The notes under the pieces are model-generated. The model had not been told where the DNA came from. It saw only the letters and a program-made list of their open reading frames with translations, and did not search any database. Of a stretch of 64,000 nt of DNA, positions 40,354-50,729 are shown in pieces; the stretch's first letter is position 1; the number at the start of each line of letters is the position of its first letter. The translations under genes and the position numbers were made by a program. The DNA is from an uncultured Planctomycetota bacterium. Its GTDB lineage: Bacteria; Planctomycetota; Planctomycetia; Isosphaerales; Isosphaeraceae. Location: positions 1,184,001 through 1,248,000 of the forward strand of contig CAWGMQ010000005.1 in the NCBI GenBank assembly GCA_963823665.1, written 5' to 3'.

Positions 40354-41745
40354 TCAGCCCGGTTTCCGCCGGCCTGGGATCGGTCCGAAGATACTCGAGC
40401 CAGGCTCGAGTGGGTCGTCGCCGTGCATGACCTTGTCATACAGGTCGCCCGGCAGCACGCGGACGACGGTCGTCAAGCCCTTCACGTGCGACCAATCTCG
40501 TCGCATGCCGCGAGCCTCGCGCCGGGCCAGCCGCCGCGTGTCGTCTTCGGGAATTGTCATATCCATATCCATATCCATACCCGCACCCATTCCCGCACCC
40601 ATCGTCATTCCGCCAGACATGTTCTGCGGGTAGCCCGGAACGCGGCCGCGGGGATCGTCCGGGGCGAGGCGGCCCATGGGTCCGGCCATTGACACCATGT
40701 GATTCATCGTGTGGTGAAACATGTGGCAGTGCATGACCCAGTCGCCCGGGTTGTTGGCGATGAATTCCACGTCGCGCGACTGCGCAACGCCGACGAGCAC
40801 GTTGTTGCCCGGGATCCAGCCCGATTCGGGAATGCGGCCGCCCTCGGTCCCGGTGACCCACCAGGTGTGGCCGTGAAGGTGAATCGGGTGATGGTCCGCC
40901 GTACTAAAATTCACCAGGCGGAAGCGAACTCGCTGGCCGAGCTTGAGCACGATGGGTGTGATGAGCGGCGCACACCGGCCGTTGAACGTGAGGAAGTTGA
41001 ACTCCATCCCCTGGCTGTCGGGCACGGTCGAGTTGGGCAGGATCTGGAATTCCTGCGTGATCAGGGTGATGTCGCGGTCGCAGACCGGCTCGTAGGCCGC
41101 TTTCGGATGAATGATGAACAGGCCCACCATTCCCATGGCTTCCTGCATGGAAACATGGGCGTGATAGAAGAAGGTTCCGTGCTGGTGCAGGGTGAATTCA
41201 TAAACGAACGCTTCCCCGGGCGGGATGAAGTCTTGCACGAGGCCGGGAACTCCGTCCTGGCTGACGGGTATTTCCAGGCTGTGCCAGTGAATCGAAGTGG
41301 GTTCGGGCAGGCGGTTTTCGACGATGATCCGCACGCGATCGCCTTCATTCACTTCGATCATGGGGCCGGGCATGGTTCCGTTGAATCCCCACACGTCCAT
41401 CACCAGGTGGGGAAGAAGCTCGCGCTTCACCGGCATGGCGATCAGGTGAAACTCCTTGGCACCGTCGCGAAGGATAAAGGGAAGCTTGGGCAGGTCAGGC
41501 GTTTCAACCGCGACCGGAGGCAGTCCGGCCTGCCGGAAGCCGGGGACCAGTTTGCCCCGGTCTGTCGCGCTGCCGACTGGGCCGCCGCGGCCGGGCCGGG
41601 TGCGGGGGTAGTCGTCGACCGGGGAGCCCGCCGCCGGCACTACCGACGCACCCTCGGTGTGTTGGTCAGCCCCTGAAGCGATCAGGCCGGCCGTGGCGGC
41701 CGAGCCGGCCGTCAAGAAATTGCGTCTGCTTCTGAGATTGTCCAC
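40354..41745 (-). CDS. Tat-exported two-domain multicopper oxidase with Met-rich tail
   Basis: SRRNFL, IHWH, FYHAH, HPIHLHGH, HCHMFHHTMNHM, GMGAGMDMDMDM. Confidence 0.92.
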   Translation of the reverse strand: MDNLRSRRNFLTAGSAATAGLIASGADQHTEGASVVPAAGSPVDDYPRTRPGRGGPVGSATDRGKLVPGFRQAGLPPVAVETPDLPKLPFILRDGAKEFHLIAMPVKRELLPHLVMDVWGFNGTMPGPMIEVNEGDRVRIIVENRLPEPTSIHWHSLEIPVSQDGVPGLVQDFIPPGEAFVYEFTLHQHGTFFYHAHVSMQEAMGMVGLFIIHPKAAYEPVCDRDITLITQEFQILPNSTVPDSQGMEFNFLTFNGRCAPLITPIVLKLGQRVRFRLVNFSTADHHPIHLHGHTWWVTGTEGGRIPESGWIPGNNVLVGVAQSRDVEFIANNPGDWVMHCHMFHHTMNHMVSMAGPMGRLAPDDPRGRVPGYPQNMSGGMTMGAGMGAGMDMDMDMTIPEDDTRRLARREARGMRRDWSHVKGLTTVVRVLPGDLYDKVMHGDDPLEPGSSIFGPIPGRRKPG

Positions 41746-42136
41746 TGTAGGGCACCTCGAATTGTTCTCTAGCTCGCGCGAGGGCAGAGCGTTCGGCCGC
41801 CCTCCGGCGCCACCGGGATCGAAATACCGTCAAGCTCCCGCAAGCAAGCGGCTCGAGCGACCATGGAATTATTCCACACAGCGGCCCGGATGGGTTTCCA
41901 TCTTGGCGAGGCCCATCTCACCCCTGAGAGACGATGAGAAACTCTGTCGATCGTATTGCTCCTGCGGGCAGCGCCTCACGTCGCATACGATCACTGGCTT
42001 GCGTTTCCCGCGGTGATTCGCTGAAATGGTACGTTCACTAGACAGACAAGCGAGAACGCCGTTGCCTCATACCCGCCGTTTCGGGTCTCCGTACTTGCCA
42101 GGGGTGCGGCAATCTCAAGTAACTCCGGAGCCTGAA

Positions 42137-42517
42137 ATGAGCGAGAAAGAAACACCGGCCGCCCAAGCCCCACAGGGCCAGCAAACTGAGGTTGTCGTCG
42201 ACGATTCCGCGACGATGCCTGCTTATTCCAATTTCTGTCGCGTAACGGCCACTCCCGAAGAAGTCATTCTCGACTTCGGCCTGAATCCGCAGCCGTTTGC
42301 AACCGGCCGCCAGGATGTCAAAGCCAATCAGCGGATCGTGATGAACTTTTACACGGCCAAGCGGCTCTTGACCGCACTGGGCATGACCATTCAGCGGCAC
42401 GAAGGAATGTTCGGCTCAATCGAGCTTGACGTCAGACGGCGAGCAGGCGGCGGGCCTCCCGCATACGGACAGGCGCCGGCGCCCGGCCGCGTCGGGCCCC
42501 AGGGTATCGTCGAGTAA
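42137..42517 (+). CDS. DUF3467 family protein
   Basis: VDDS....YSNFCRVTATPEEVILDFGLN...RIVMNFYTAKRL..AL...HE..FG.IE; GGAG RBS. Confidence 0.85.
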   Translation: MSEKETPAAQAPQGQQTEVVVDDSATMPAYSNFCRVTATPEEVILDFGLNPQPFATGRQDVKANQRIVMNFYTAKRLLTALGMTIQRHEGMFGSIELDVRRRAGGGPPAYGQAPAPGRVGPQGIVE

Positions 42518-42626
42518 GCGCGAGACGGCACAAAACGCTGCTCGCGACCGCAACGGATGGCACGGTCGCGTGAGCTAATCGAACCGATCCGGGCCGTCCG
42601 AGGTTTTTCGAGAGCCTGGGCGCATC

Positions 42627-44835
42627 GTGTCGACGATCTCACGCGACGAATTCGCCGGTGCGGTCCAGCTTCACCAGTCGGGCCAGCTCCTCGCGGCGGT
42701 GCGACTTTACGAGTCGTTCCTCGATCGCGATGCATCGCACGCAGATTCGCTGCACCTTCTGGGAATCGCTCGCCTTCAGATGGGCCATCCTGGCGCGGCG
42801 GCCGATTTGATCGGCCGCGCCGTGGAGCTGGTTCCAACAGCAGCGGTCTTTCGGGCCACGCTTGCGGAAGCCTACCGTGCAATGGGCCTCCACGAGGCCG
42901 TGATCGCTTGCTGCCGCGCGGCGATCGGGCTCGGCTTGCACGATCCCGCGGTCTTCAACAACCTCGGGCTGGCGCTCGAAGCTCTGGCTCGCCATGGCGA
43001 CGCCGCCCTAGCGTTCCGTGAGGCGCTCGCCTTGCGGCCCGGCGACGCGGCTTCTCACACCAACCTGGGCACCGCTCTCCGTGCCCTCGATCTAAAAGAC
43101 CAGGCACTCGACCACTTTCGCCGCGCCCTGGCGATCGACCCCGATTTTGCTCCGGCCTTGACCAACCTGGGCCAGCTCCTGCTCGACCTGGGCCAGGCAG
43201 AGGAGGCTCTGCCGTACTGCCGGCGGGCCGCCACCCTGCAGCCCGGCTTGCCCGAAGCCCACAACAACCTGGGAAACGCTTTGCGCGCTCTCGGCCTGCT
43301 TGAGCAGGCCAGAGGGTCCTACAGCGAGGCGATCCGGCTCAGCCCACAAATGGCCCAGGCCTGCGTCAATCTCGGGCGAACATGGCAAGAGGAAGGTGAG
43401 TGGGACGAGGCCCTGCCCTGGCTCCGGCGGGCGGTCGAGCTCCAGCCAGGGTCCCTGGTCTTCCTGGCGCTCCTGGCCGAGGCAGCCGTCGAGCGCGAGC
43501 TCTTCGATGAAGCCATCGCCTGTTATGAGAGGATGCTCGAGATCGACCCCAAGCTTGCGGCAACCCACAATGCACTAGGATGGTTATTGCAGGAATCGGG
43601 CCGTCTCGACGAATCCGCAAACCATTTGAGCACAACCCTTTCCCTGCGACCCGACTTCGCGATTGCGCAGGTGAACCTGGGCGGAATCCACGAGAAACGG
43701 GGCAACTTTGCCGCAGCCGAGACGTCGTTCCGTGCGGCGCTCTCCGACGAACAAGCGCGTGCACCAGCGCTTGGGCGGCTCGCCCTGCTGCTGCGCGGCC
43801 GCCTTCCGGACGCGGATATCAAGCTGATCGAACAGCACCTGGCCGGCTCCGACGAGTCGGACCTGAGCCGGGTCAACCTGCTCTTCGGTCTCGCCGGCGT
43901 TTTCGACGCTCACGGCTCATACTCGCAGGCCGCCCTGATCGCCCGAGAGGCCAACCGCCTGGCAAGCATCCAGCTTGATCGACGGAAACGAGGCTATCGG
44001 CCGGACGAGCACGAACAGCTCATCTCCGGGTTGATCCACTCGCTCGATCGGAGCTTCTTTGACAGGCTCGCCGGCGCGGGGCTTGGTACAGAGCGGCCCG
44101 TTTTCGTCGTCGGGCTTCCCCGGTCGGGCACGACATTGATCGAACAGATTCTCGCGAGCATTCCACAGGTTCACGGCGCCGGTGAGCTGCACACTCGCGC
44201 GCGACGATTTCGAGACCATACCCGGCCTGCTCAACCGCGAAGGCGAGCCCGCGATCGCCTGCATCGGCGACCTGAGCCAGGCCGCCGCACGACAACTTGC
44301 CGAGCGCCACGATGGCCGGCTCACCGAGCTGGCAGGCGGCACTGTGGTGCGCGTTATCGACAAGATGCCCGATAATTACGTTCACCTGGGTCTGATTGCC
44401 GCAATGTTCCCCAGGGCGACACTCATCTACTGCCGCCGCGACTTCCGCGACATCGCCGTTTCGTGCTGGCTCACCGGCTTTCGAAGCGTCCGCTGGACGA
44501 ATGCCGCCGAGCACATCGCCTCGCGCTTTCACCAGCACGTTCGAATCATGAATCATTGGAAGCACGTACTGCCCGGGCGGATCCACCAGGTCGACTACGA
44601 AGAAACCGTGGCCGATTTCGAGGGCACCGCGAGACGCCTGGTGGCCGCCTGCGGCCTCGAGTGGAACCCGGCGTGTCTCCAGTTCCACCGCACCGATCGG
44701 CCTGTCCGGACCGCGAGCTTCGCCCAGGTGCGCCAGCCGGTCTATTCGAGCTCGGTCGGCCGCTGGAAGTCCTATCAAAATGAGCTCGCGGATCTCTTCG
44801 CCGCACTGCCAGAACGACCCGGCCCAGCCGCCTGA
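42627..44835 (+). CDS. TPR-repeat sulfotransferase; 1-nt frameshift at about 44190
   Basis: About 11 TPRs; PVFVVGLPRSGTTLIEQIL (PAPS-binding). A second frame has IDKMPDNY, RRDFRDIAVS and TASFAQVRQPVY.SSVGRW. Confidence 0.9.
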
Positions 44836-45270
44836 ATCCACGGACCACTGGGGCGGCGCGCGAAGGCTGGATAACTGCGCAATTTGGGCCGAGATTCCGC
44901 AGCGGGTGTTCGAAGGTTCTCGGCGTTGGTGCCGGGATTTGAGCATGCGTGACCTGTTCGGCGGCGGCGGCGAGCGGGGACGGTGAATTCTCTTCAAATT
45001 CGTGTGAGTCTGGGTTGACCAGGAGAAGCGAAACGGTCCGTCGGTAGCAGATTTTCGGTCTTTGCGGGACCTTTGGCTGATTGTGGGCGTTGGTTTTGAC
45101 CGATTTTCAGAGTGTAACCACGGAATCTGTGAGTGCGGTTCTTAGTGACCGCAACGGTTTTGCAGTGGGAATCAATTTATCTTCGTGCGCCGCTCGCGCC
45201 GATATTCTAGGCTGCCGTGCATCTCGGCCTCGGTCCAGGACGGACGAGTCAAGGGTTAGGAGATAATGGA

Positions 45271-48200
45271 ATGTCTCAGACATCCGGACCGCGAGATCGC
45301 GGCAAAGTCAGGCGGCGGCGCGACGTGAAGCTGGACCTGCCGGTCCCGCTCGAGCCGCGATGTCTCATGGCGCCTGTGGTGGCGACCTTCCCGTTGCAGG
45401 CCGTGTTCACGGCGGCGGCGACGCCGACGAACGCTGATCTGGGAACGGTCGTGGTTTCGGAAAACACGACGGCGACCATCGACTCGGAGGCCCCCGTCAC
45501 CTCGGTCTCCGAGCTGACGCCGATCTCGTCGTTCGGTGGCGACATCGTCACGATCGCAGCCGGGCCTGGCGGTGTCTTCGGCAACGATGTCTACGCGATC
45601 TCTCGCGGAGCCGGCGACAATGCTTCCGCGGGCGCGGTCAATCGGCCCGGCGTGATTTACCGGGTCGACCCGGCCACGGGCCAGACGAGCGTCTTCTTCG
45701 ACCTGAACACGGTCATGAACCAGGTTGACCCGGCCAGTCCGACCGCGGCGAACTCGCTCGGCACCGGCACGGGGCTGGTCAACTGGTACAGCATCACATT
45801 CGATTCCGAAGGGATCTGGAGCGGCTCGCCGGCGATGTTCGTCGCCAGTGTCGATCGTTCCGACCCGAACAAGAATGTTATCTTCGAGATCGCTCCCAAC
45901 GGAACCTTGATGGGTGTCTTCACGCAGTTTACCGACGGGCTCTCATCGCTCAAGTTCAACATCAATCCGACGGCGATCCTGGTCCCGCCGGTGCAGGACC
46001 AATCGTTCCTGAGCGGGCTGATCGCCGGCAGCGGCATCAGCACGACCTCGGGGACCTTCGCTGCACTGTACTTCCAGTCCAGCGCCTACTCACCCGGTCA
46101 GGTGATCAGTAACTCGACCCTGCCCACCGGCGTGACGGAGACCGAACTGGGATTGCCGGTCGTCGGGTCCACCACAAACAATGTCGGCACGATCTTCAAC
46201 GGACTGATCGACACCGGCCCGATCGTCGGTCTGACCGCATCCAATTCGGACTATGACAACCAGATCTTCTCGGCCTTCACCGATTTCGGCACGCCGGCGG
46301 CCGGCGGGATTCCCGCGCGTCCGGGCGATAGCGGCGTGCAGGGCACCGACGGCACTCTGCTGATCGGTCAAGGGATCGTCCAGCCCGCAGCACTGCCGGC
46401 CACCGGCAATACTGACACTCTGGGCGCCGTCCCCACACCGTTCCGCCGGTTCGAGAGCATCGCTTTCGATCAGTACGGCTACTTCTCGCAAAGTGTCTCG
46501 CTCACGGCCGCGACCTCCACTGGTACAAGCGGGGCTACCACCACCACGTTCACGCCGGTGAACGCGCCTCCGGACTACGGCGGGAGCCTCTTCGTCAGCG
46601 ACCTGGCATCGGGCCTGTACGTGACCGTCACGCCGGTCGCCCCCCTGCCTACGACTCCGATCATCGTCCCCGTTCAAGGCTCCGGCGTGATCGCGGTGAC
46701 GACCGACGCGGCGGGAACCGTGATCCCGGTTGTCACGAATGGCAACACGACCGACGGATCGAACGACTTCGGCGGCCGGATCATCCGGATCCTGCCCAAC
46801 GGCACGGTGAACGAGTTCGCCTACGGCTTTGACACGAGCGGTGCTCAGGATTCCTCGAGCTTCGTGAACTCGAGTCTGACGATCAGCTTCTCGGCCGACG
46901 GCACGACGATGTACGCCTCGGACGACGCCGGAATCTGGCAGTTCAAGACAACCGCCAGCCTGGCCGGCTCGACCAGCGGCACCCTGGTGGGCCTGAACGA
47001 TCTGCGCACGCTAGGCGTACCCTACGACGGCCAGAACAGCGCCGTGGCGATCGTCGACACGGGCGTCGACGCCGGTTCGCCACCGTTCCGCGGCCGAGTC
47101 GCGCCGGGCGAAAATCTCTTCACGGGCGGCCTGGGCAATGTCGACACTGCTGCATCGTCGGGGCCTGCGGTCGCCGCCGGCGGCGGTGGCGGCGGCGGCG
47201 GCGGCGCCGGCGGCACCAACGTCCTGACGAATACGGTCAGCGGTCACGGAACACCGGTCGCGGGCGTGGTTGCCCAGTTCGTGCCCCAGGCAACCCTGGT
47301 GCCCGTGGACATCTTCTTGCCGTACAACGCCGGTAGGACCCTTACGGCCAGCAGCACGACTGGCGGTACCGGCGGCGGCGGCGGTACCGGCGGGGGTAGC
47401 GCCTCGAGCTCGCTGTCCGGCACGTCAAACGCCCTGACTTCATCCGATCTTCTTTACAACGGCCTGGAATACGTGATCCAGCACCCATTCGTCAACGACC
47501 CGCTCCGTCCCGGCAAGGAGGACCGAGTGATCGCGGCGACGTTCGCGTTCGGCTCGACACAGACGTTCGCGACCGAGGCGGCCGCCTACAAGAGCTACCC
47601 GCAGGTTGTGATCGCCCTCAAGAATGCCTATCACAAGTTCCTCAAGGAAGGGATCGCACCGATCGCCGCGTCCGGGCAGTTTGGCACCCCGCTGGGCTCA
47701 GGGGCGCCGACCACGACAACCGGCACGGGGGGCGGGGGCGGGACCGGCGGCGGGCTCTCAACCCCGGTGGGCGACAACAATGCAGACAACACGGCCGCGG
47801 GCGACGTCAACGGCATGTCGCTGCCGGCAGTGCTGAATGAGGTGATCTCCGTAACTGGCGTGATTTCGTACCCGTATGACCAGAACGCGACATCGACCCC
47901 GGTTGATCAGGTCGACGGTGTCATCCCGAACCCGCTCGGGCCCCTTCTCCTCTTCGGTAGCTCGCTCACGCTCGGCGGGACCGCGACGGTGAACACCGGC
48001 AATGGATCTACCGGCGGAGCAGGCGGAGCGGGGGGCGGAGCAGGAAGCGGATTTGGAGGAGGCTCCGGCGGGACAAACGCGGTCACGAACGGGTTCAATG
48101 CCAACGCCGTGCTCCTCTTGAAAGGCGATTTCGTCCAGTACGTAAACCGGATCGGCGCGGCTACCAACCGCAGCAACACGACCGACTTCGCGGCACCGGA

Positions 48201-49746
48201 CGTCAACGTTCCGACATTCCGACGCACGTTCACGCTTCCCACGGGAACGACCAGTACGACGGCCGGCAGCCCCACCGATCACAACACGTTCACCCAGGTG
48301 GGGACCTCGATGTCGGCGGCGATCGTGACCGGTGCCTATGCCCTTGTCTCCTCGGCGCTTAATTACTGGATCACGCTGGCTCAGTCCAACGGCTACACCG
48401 CCGATGCTTACTTGAACACGCCGGTCGGAACCGATTCGCTGAACTTCGGCAAGCATGCCTTCAAGAACCTGTCGGCATGGAACAACCCCAGCGGCATCAA
48501 CGGCATCCTCGCGTGGACGGCCGTTCCCGCGGTCGACACCAACGACGGCGGCAGCGTCTCCACGCCGCCGACGACGTTCGGCGGCCAGACCTATCGGTCC
48601 TTCGCCAGCATCAACGTCGCCAACGCTGTTGCGGCGGTTGAGGGATACGTCGCGATCAACTATCTCTTCGCCCATCACGATTGGCAGTACATCGACACCA
48701 ATCACGATGGGTTGATCACCGCGGGCGAGCTGCAGACGTTCACGGACAACGCAAACGCCATGGGAATGCCCGAGGCCGGGGCCATGGCAGCGCTCCTGGG
48801 TGGCACCGCAACCTACAGTGCGGTCGAGCCCGGCCTCAATAACGAGGTTTTCAACGAAAACCCGGACGATCCGGCCGCCGAGCAACGCCGATTCAACTTC
48901 TTCGACTACGCGGCCGACGGCCAGCTCAACGGCTCGGTCACGCTGAACGAGTACAAGATGCTTTCGCGCATCCTGCTGCCTTCTCCCGACGCGTATACCG
49001 TCACCGATCGCCAGCGAGCATCGGCCAACGGCTGGCTCCTGGCTCCGACCGCTCAGCGCAACTTTGTCGCTCTCCAGCACACGGTGCCCTCGTTCGAGTG
49101 GGTGCCGAAGTCGGCCGTTGCGAAATACCGCAATATCTCGCCCATGAAGTTTGGCGTCGACGCGGGTACAACACCCGGATACACCTTCCCGCTGTACACG
49201 CTCTTCGATGCGACGCCGGCCTCCCCCACGACCACTCAGACGACCACGCAAAACACGGTTGTGGCCGCTTCCAAGAGCGCCGTCGTGAATGGTGTGACCA
49301 TCACCGTCGACTGGCTGTCGAATTCTCCTTCGGCGCCAGCCCCGGCCGTGACCACGCCATCGACCCTCACTCCCGCCGGCACGGTCACGCCCACCACGAC
49401 GGCCTCGACAACCAGCGCGCCGTCGACCACGTCGGGGACCGTCACTCCGACTCCCGCAACGAGCACCTCCACCCCGGCCACTGTGCTCGGAACGCCGCAG
49501 GTAAATCCCGACGTCACCACCACCGCAACCTCCTCGACCTCCGGTGCCACGTCGAGCGGAACGACCGCGGGCACGGCTTCGCCCGCTGTGACCACCCCGG
49601 CCGTCACCACGACGGTCGCCAGCACTCCGCCGCCTGAAGCAACCGTTTCCAAGAAGAAGTCTGCCTCGAAGAAGTCGACGTCGAGCAGCGGCGTCTCCGG
49701 GTTCTTCTCGGATCTCGGTAAGAGCATCAAGAAGGCGTTCGGTTGA
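45271..49746 (+). CDS. Large exported S8 (subtilase-like) protein with LEPR motif, EF-hand-like loops and Thr/Ser-rich tail
   Basis: LEPRCLMA; triad VAIVDTGVD, GHGTPVAGVV, GTSMSAAIVTG; DTNHDGLIT; AGGAG RBS. Confidence 0.85.
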   Translation: MSQTSGPRDRGKVRRRRDVKLDLPVPLEPRCLMAPVVATFPLQAVFTAAATPTNADLGTVVVSENTTATIDSEAPVTSVSELTPISSFGGDIVTIAAGPGGVFGNDVYAISRGAGDNASAGAVNRPGVIYRVDPATGQTSVFFDLNTVMNQVDPASPTAANSLGTGTGLVNWYSITFDSEGIWSGSPAMFVASVDRSDPNKNVIFEIAPNGTLMGVFTQFTDGLSSLKFNINPTAILVPPVQDQSFLSGLIAGSGISTTSGTFAALYFQSSAYSPGQVISNSTLPTGVTETELGLPVVGSTTNNVGTIFNGLIDTGPIVGLTASNSDYDNQIFSAFTDFGTPAAGGIPARPGDSGVQGTDGTLLIGQGIVQPAALPATGNTDTLGAVPTPFRRFESIAFDQYGYFSQSVSLTAATSTGTSGATTTTFTPVNAPPDYGGSLFVSDLASGLYVTVTPVAPLPTTPIIVPVQGSGVIAVTTDAAGTVIPVVTNGNTTDGSNDFGGRIIRILPNGTVNEFAYGFDTSGAQDSSSFVNSSLTISFSADGTTMYASDDAGIWQFKTTASLAGSTSGTLVGLNDLRTLGVPYDGQNSAVAIVDTGVDAGSPPFRGRVAPGENLFTGGLGNVDTAASSGPAVAAGGGGGGGGGAGGTNVLTNTVSGHGTPVAGVVAQFVPQATLVPVDIFLPYNAGRTLTASSTTGGTGGGGGTGGGSASSSLSGTSNALTSSDLLYNGLEYVIQHPFVNDPLRPGKEDRVIAATFAFGSTQTFATEAAAYKSYPQVVIALKNAYHKFLKEGIAPIAASGQFGTPLGSGAPTTTTGTGGGGGTGGGLSTPVGDNNADNTAAGDVNGMSLPAVLNEVISVTGVISYPYDQNATSTPVDQVDGVIPNPLGPLLLFGSSLTLGGTATVNTGNGSTGGAGGAGGGAGSGFGGGSGGTNAVTNGFNANAVLLLKGDFVQYVNRIGAATNRSNTTDFAAPDVNVPTFRRTFTLPTGTTSTTAGSPTDHNTFTQVGTSMSAAIVTGAYALVSSALNYWITLAQSNGYTADAYLNTPVGTDSLNFGKHAFKNLSAWNNPSGINGILAWTAVPAVDTNDGGSVSTPPTTFGGQTYRSFASINVANAVAAVEGYVAINYLFAHHDWQYIDTNHDGLITAGELQTFTDNANAMGMPEAGAMAALLGGTATYSAVEPGLNNEVFNENPDDPAAEQRRFNFFDYAADGQLNGSVTLNEYKMLSRILLPSPDAYTVTDRQRASANGWLLAPTAQRNFVALQHTVPSFEWVPKSAVAKYRNISPMKFGVDAGTTPGYTFPLYTLFDATPASPTTTQTTTQNTVVAASKSAVVNGVTITVDWLSNSPSAPAPAVTTPSTLTPAGTVTPTTTASTTSAPSTTSGTVTPTPATSTSTPATVLGTPQVNPDVTTTATSSTSGATSSGTTAGTASPAVTTPAVTTTVASTPPPEATVSKKKSASKKSTSSSGVSGFFSDLGKSIKKAFG

Positions 49747-49751
49747 TCACC

Positions 49752-50620
49752 ATGAAGCGAAGAACGTTCGTGCGCGTGGCCGCCGCGACTCTGGCGGCCA
49801 CCCGCATTGCCGCGCCGCGCGGTCTGCTGTCAGCGAGTCGCGCGCCATGCCCTGGAAGAAGGCTTTCATGCTCGGGGGCCTGTCCAAAGGCGACCCCAAG
49901 GTGGCATTCCAGCTCTTGAAAGACGCCGGCTTCGATGGCGTTGAGCTCTTGAGTCCAAACGAGCTCGACGTCAAAGAAGTGCTGGCCGCGCGCGACGAAA
50001 CGGGTTTGGTCATCCACGGAGTCAGCGGCTCTCGGCACTGGCAGCAGCCTCTCTCCGACCCCGATGCGGAAGTCGTCGCGCGCGGGATGGAGGCCATCCG
50101 CCGGGAATTCCTCGACTGCAAGGCTTACGGCGGCACGACAGTGCTGGTCGTACCCGCGGTCGTTAGCCGCAAGGTCGGTTACCGCGATGCTTACAAGCGA
50201 TCGCAAGAGAACATCCGGAAGCTCATCCCAGATGCCCGGGCCAGCGGGGTCAAGATCGCGATCGAGGAGGTCTGGAACAAGTTCCTGCTGAGCCCGGTCG
50301 AGTTTGCGCGCTATATCGACGAGTTCGAGAGCCCCTGGGTCGGCGCTTACTTCGACGTGGGCAATGTCGTCGAATTCGGCTACCCCGAAGAATGGATTCG
50401 CGAGCTCTCCAAGCGCATCCTCAAGGTTCACATCAAGGAGTACGCGAAAGATAAACGGTTCAAATACCGTTTGGGCGAGGGCGGAGAAATCGACTGGCCG
50501 GCCGTTAAAGCGGCGCTGCGCGTTAGTGGGTATGACGGGTGGATCACCGCCGAGGTGCCGTACGGCAGCCTCGCCGAGATGAAAGACGTCGTCCTGCGGA
50601 TGAAGAACTTGCTCGACTGA
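49752..50620 (+). CDS. Sugar-phosphate isomerase/epimerase (xylose-isomerase-like TIM barrel) with probable Tat signal; frameshift near 49835
   Basis: MKRRTFV at 49752; AGFDGVEL, IAIEEVWNKFLLSP, FDVGN, KVHIKEY, GYDGWITAE. Confidence 0.88.
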
Positions 50621-50729
50621 GCGCAGCGGATTGGCTGAGACCTCTGCAGGTTTGAATGCGGCGGCCCGACTTCCCGATTGGCTTGACTCGCTCCTTTTCG
50701 GCAAAGAGCGGCGGGCTGACGTGCGCATT

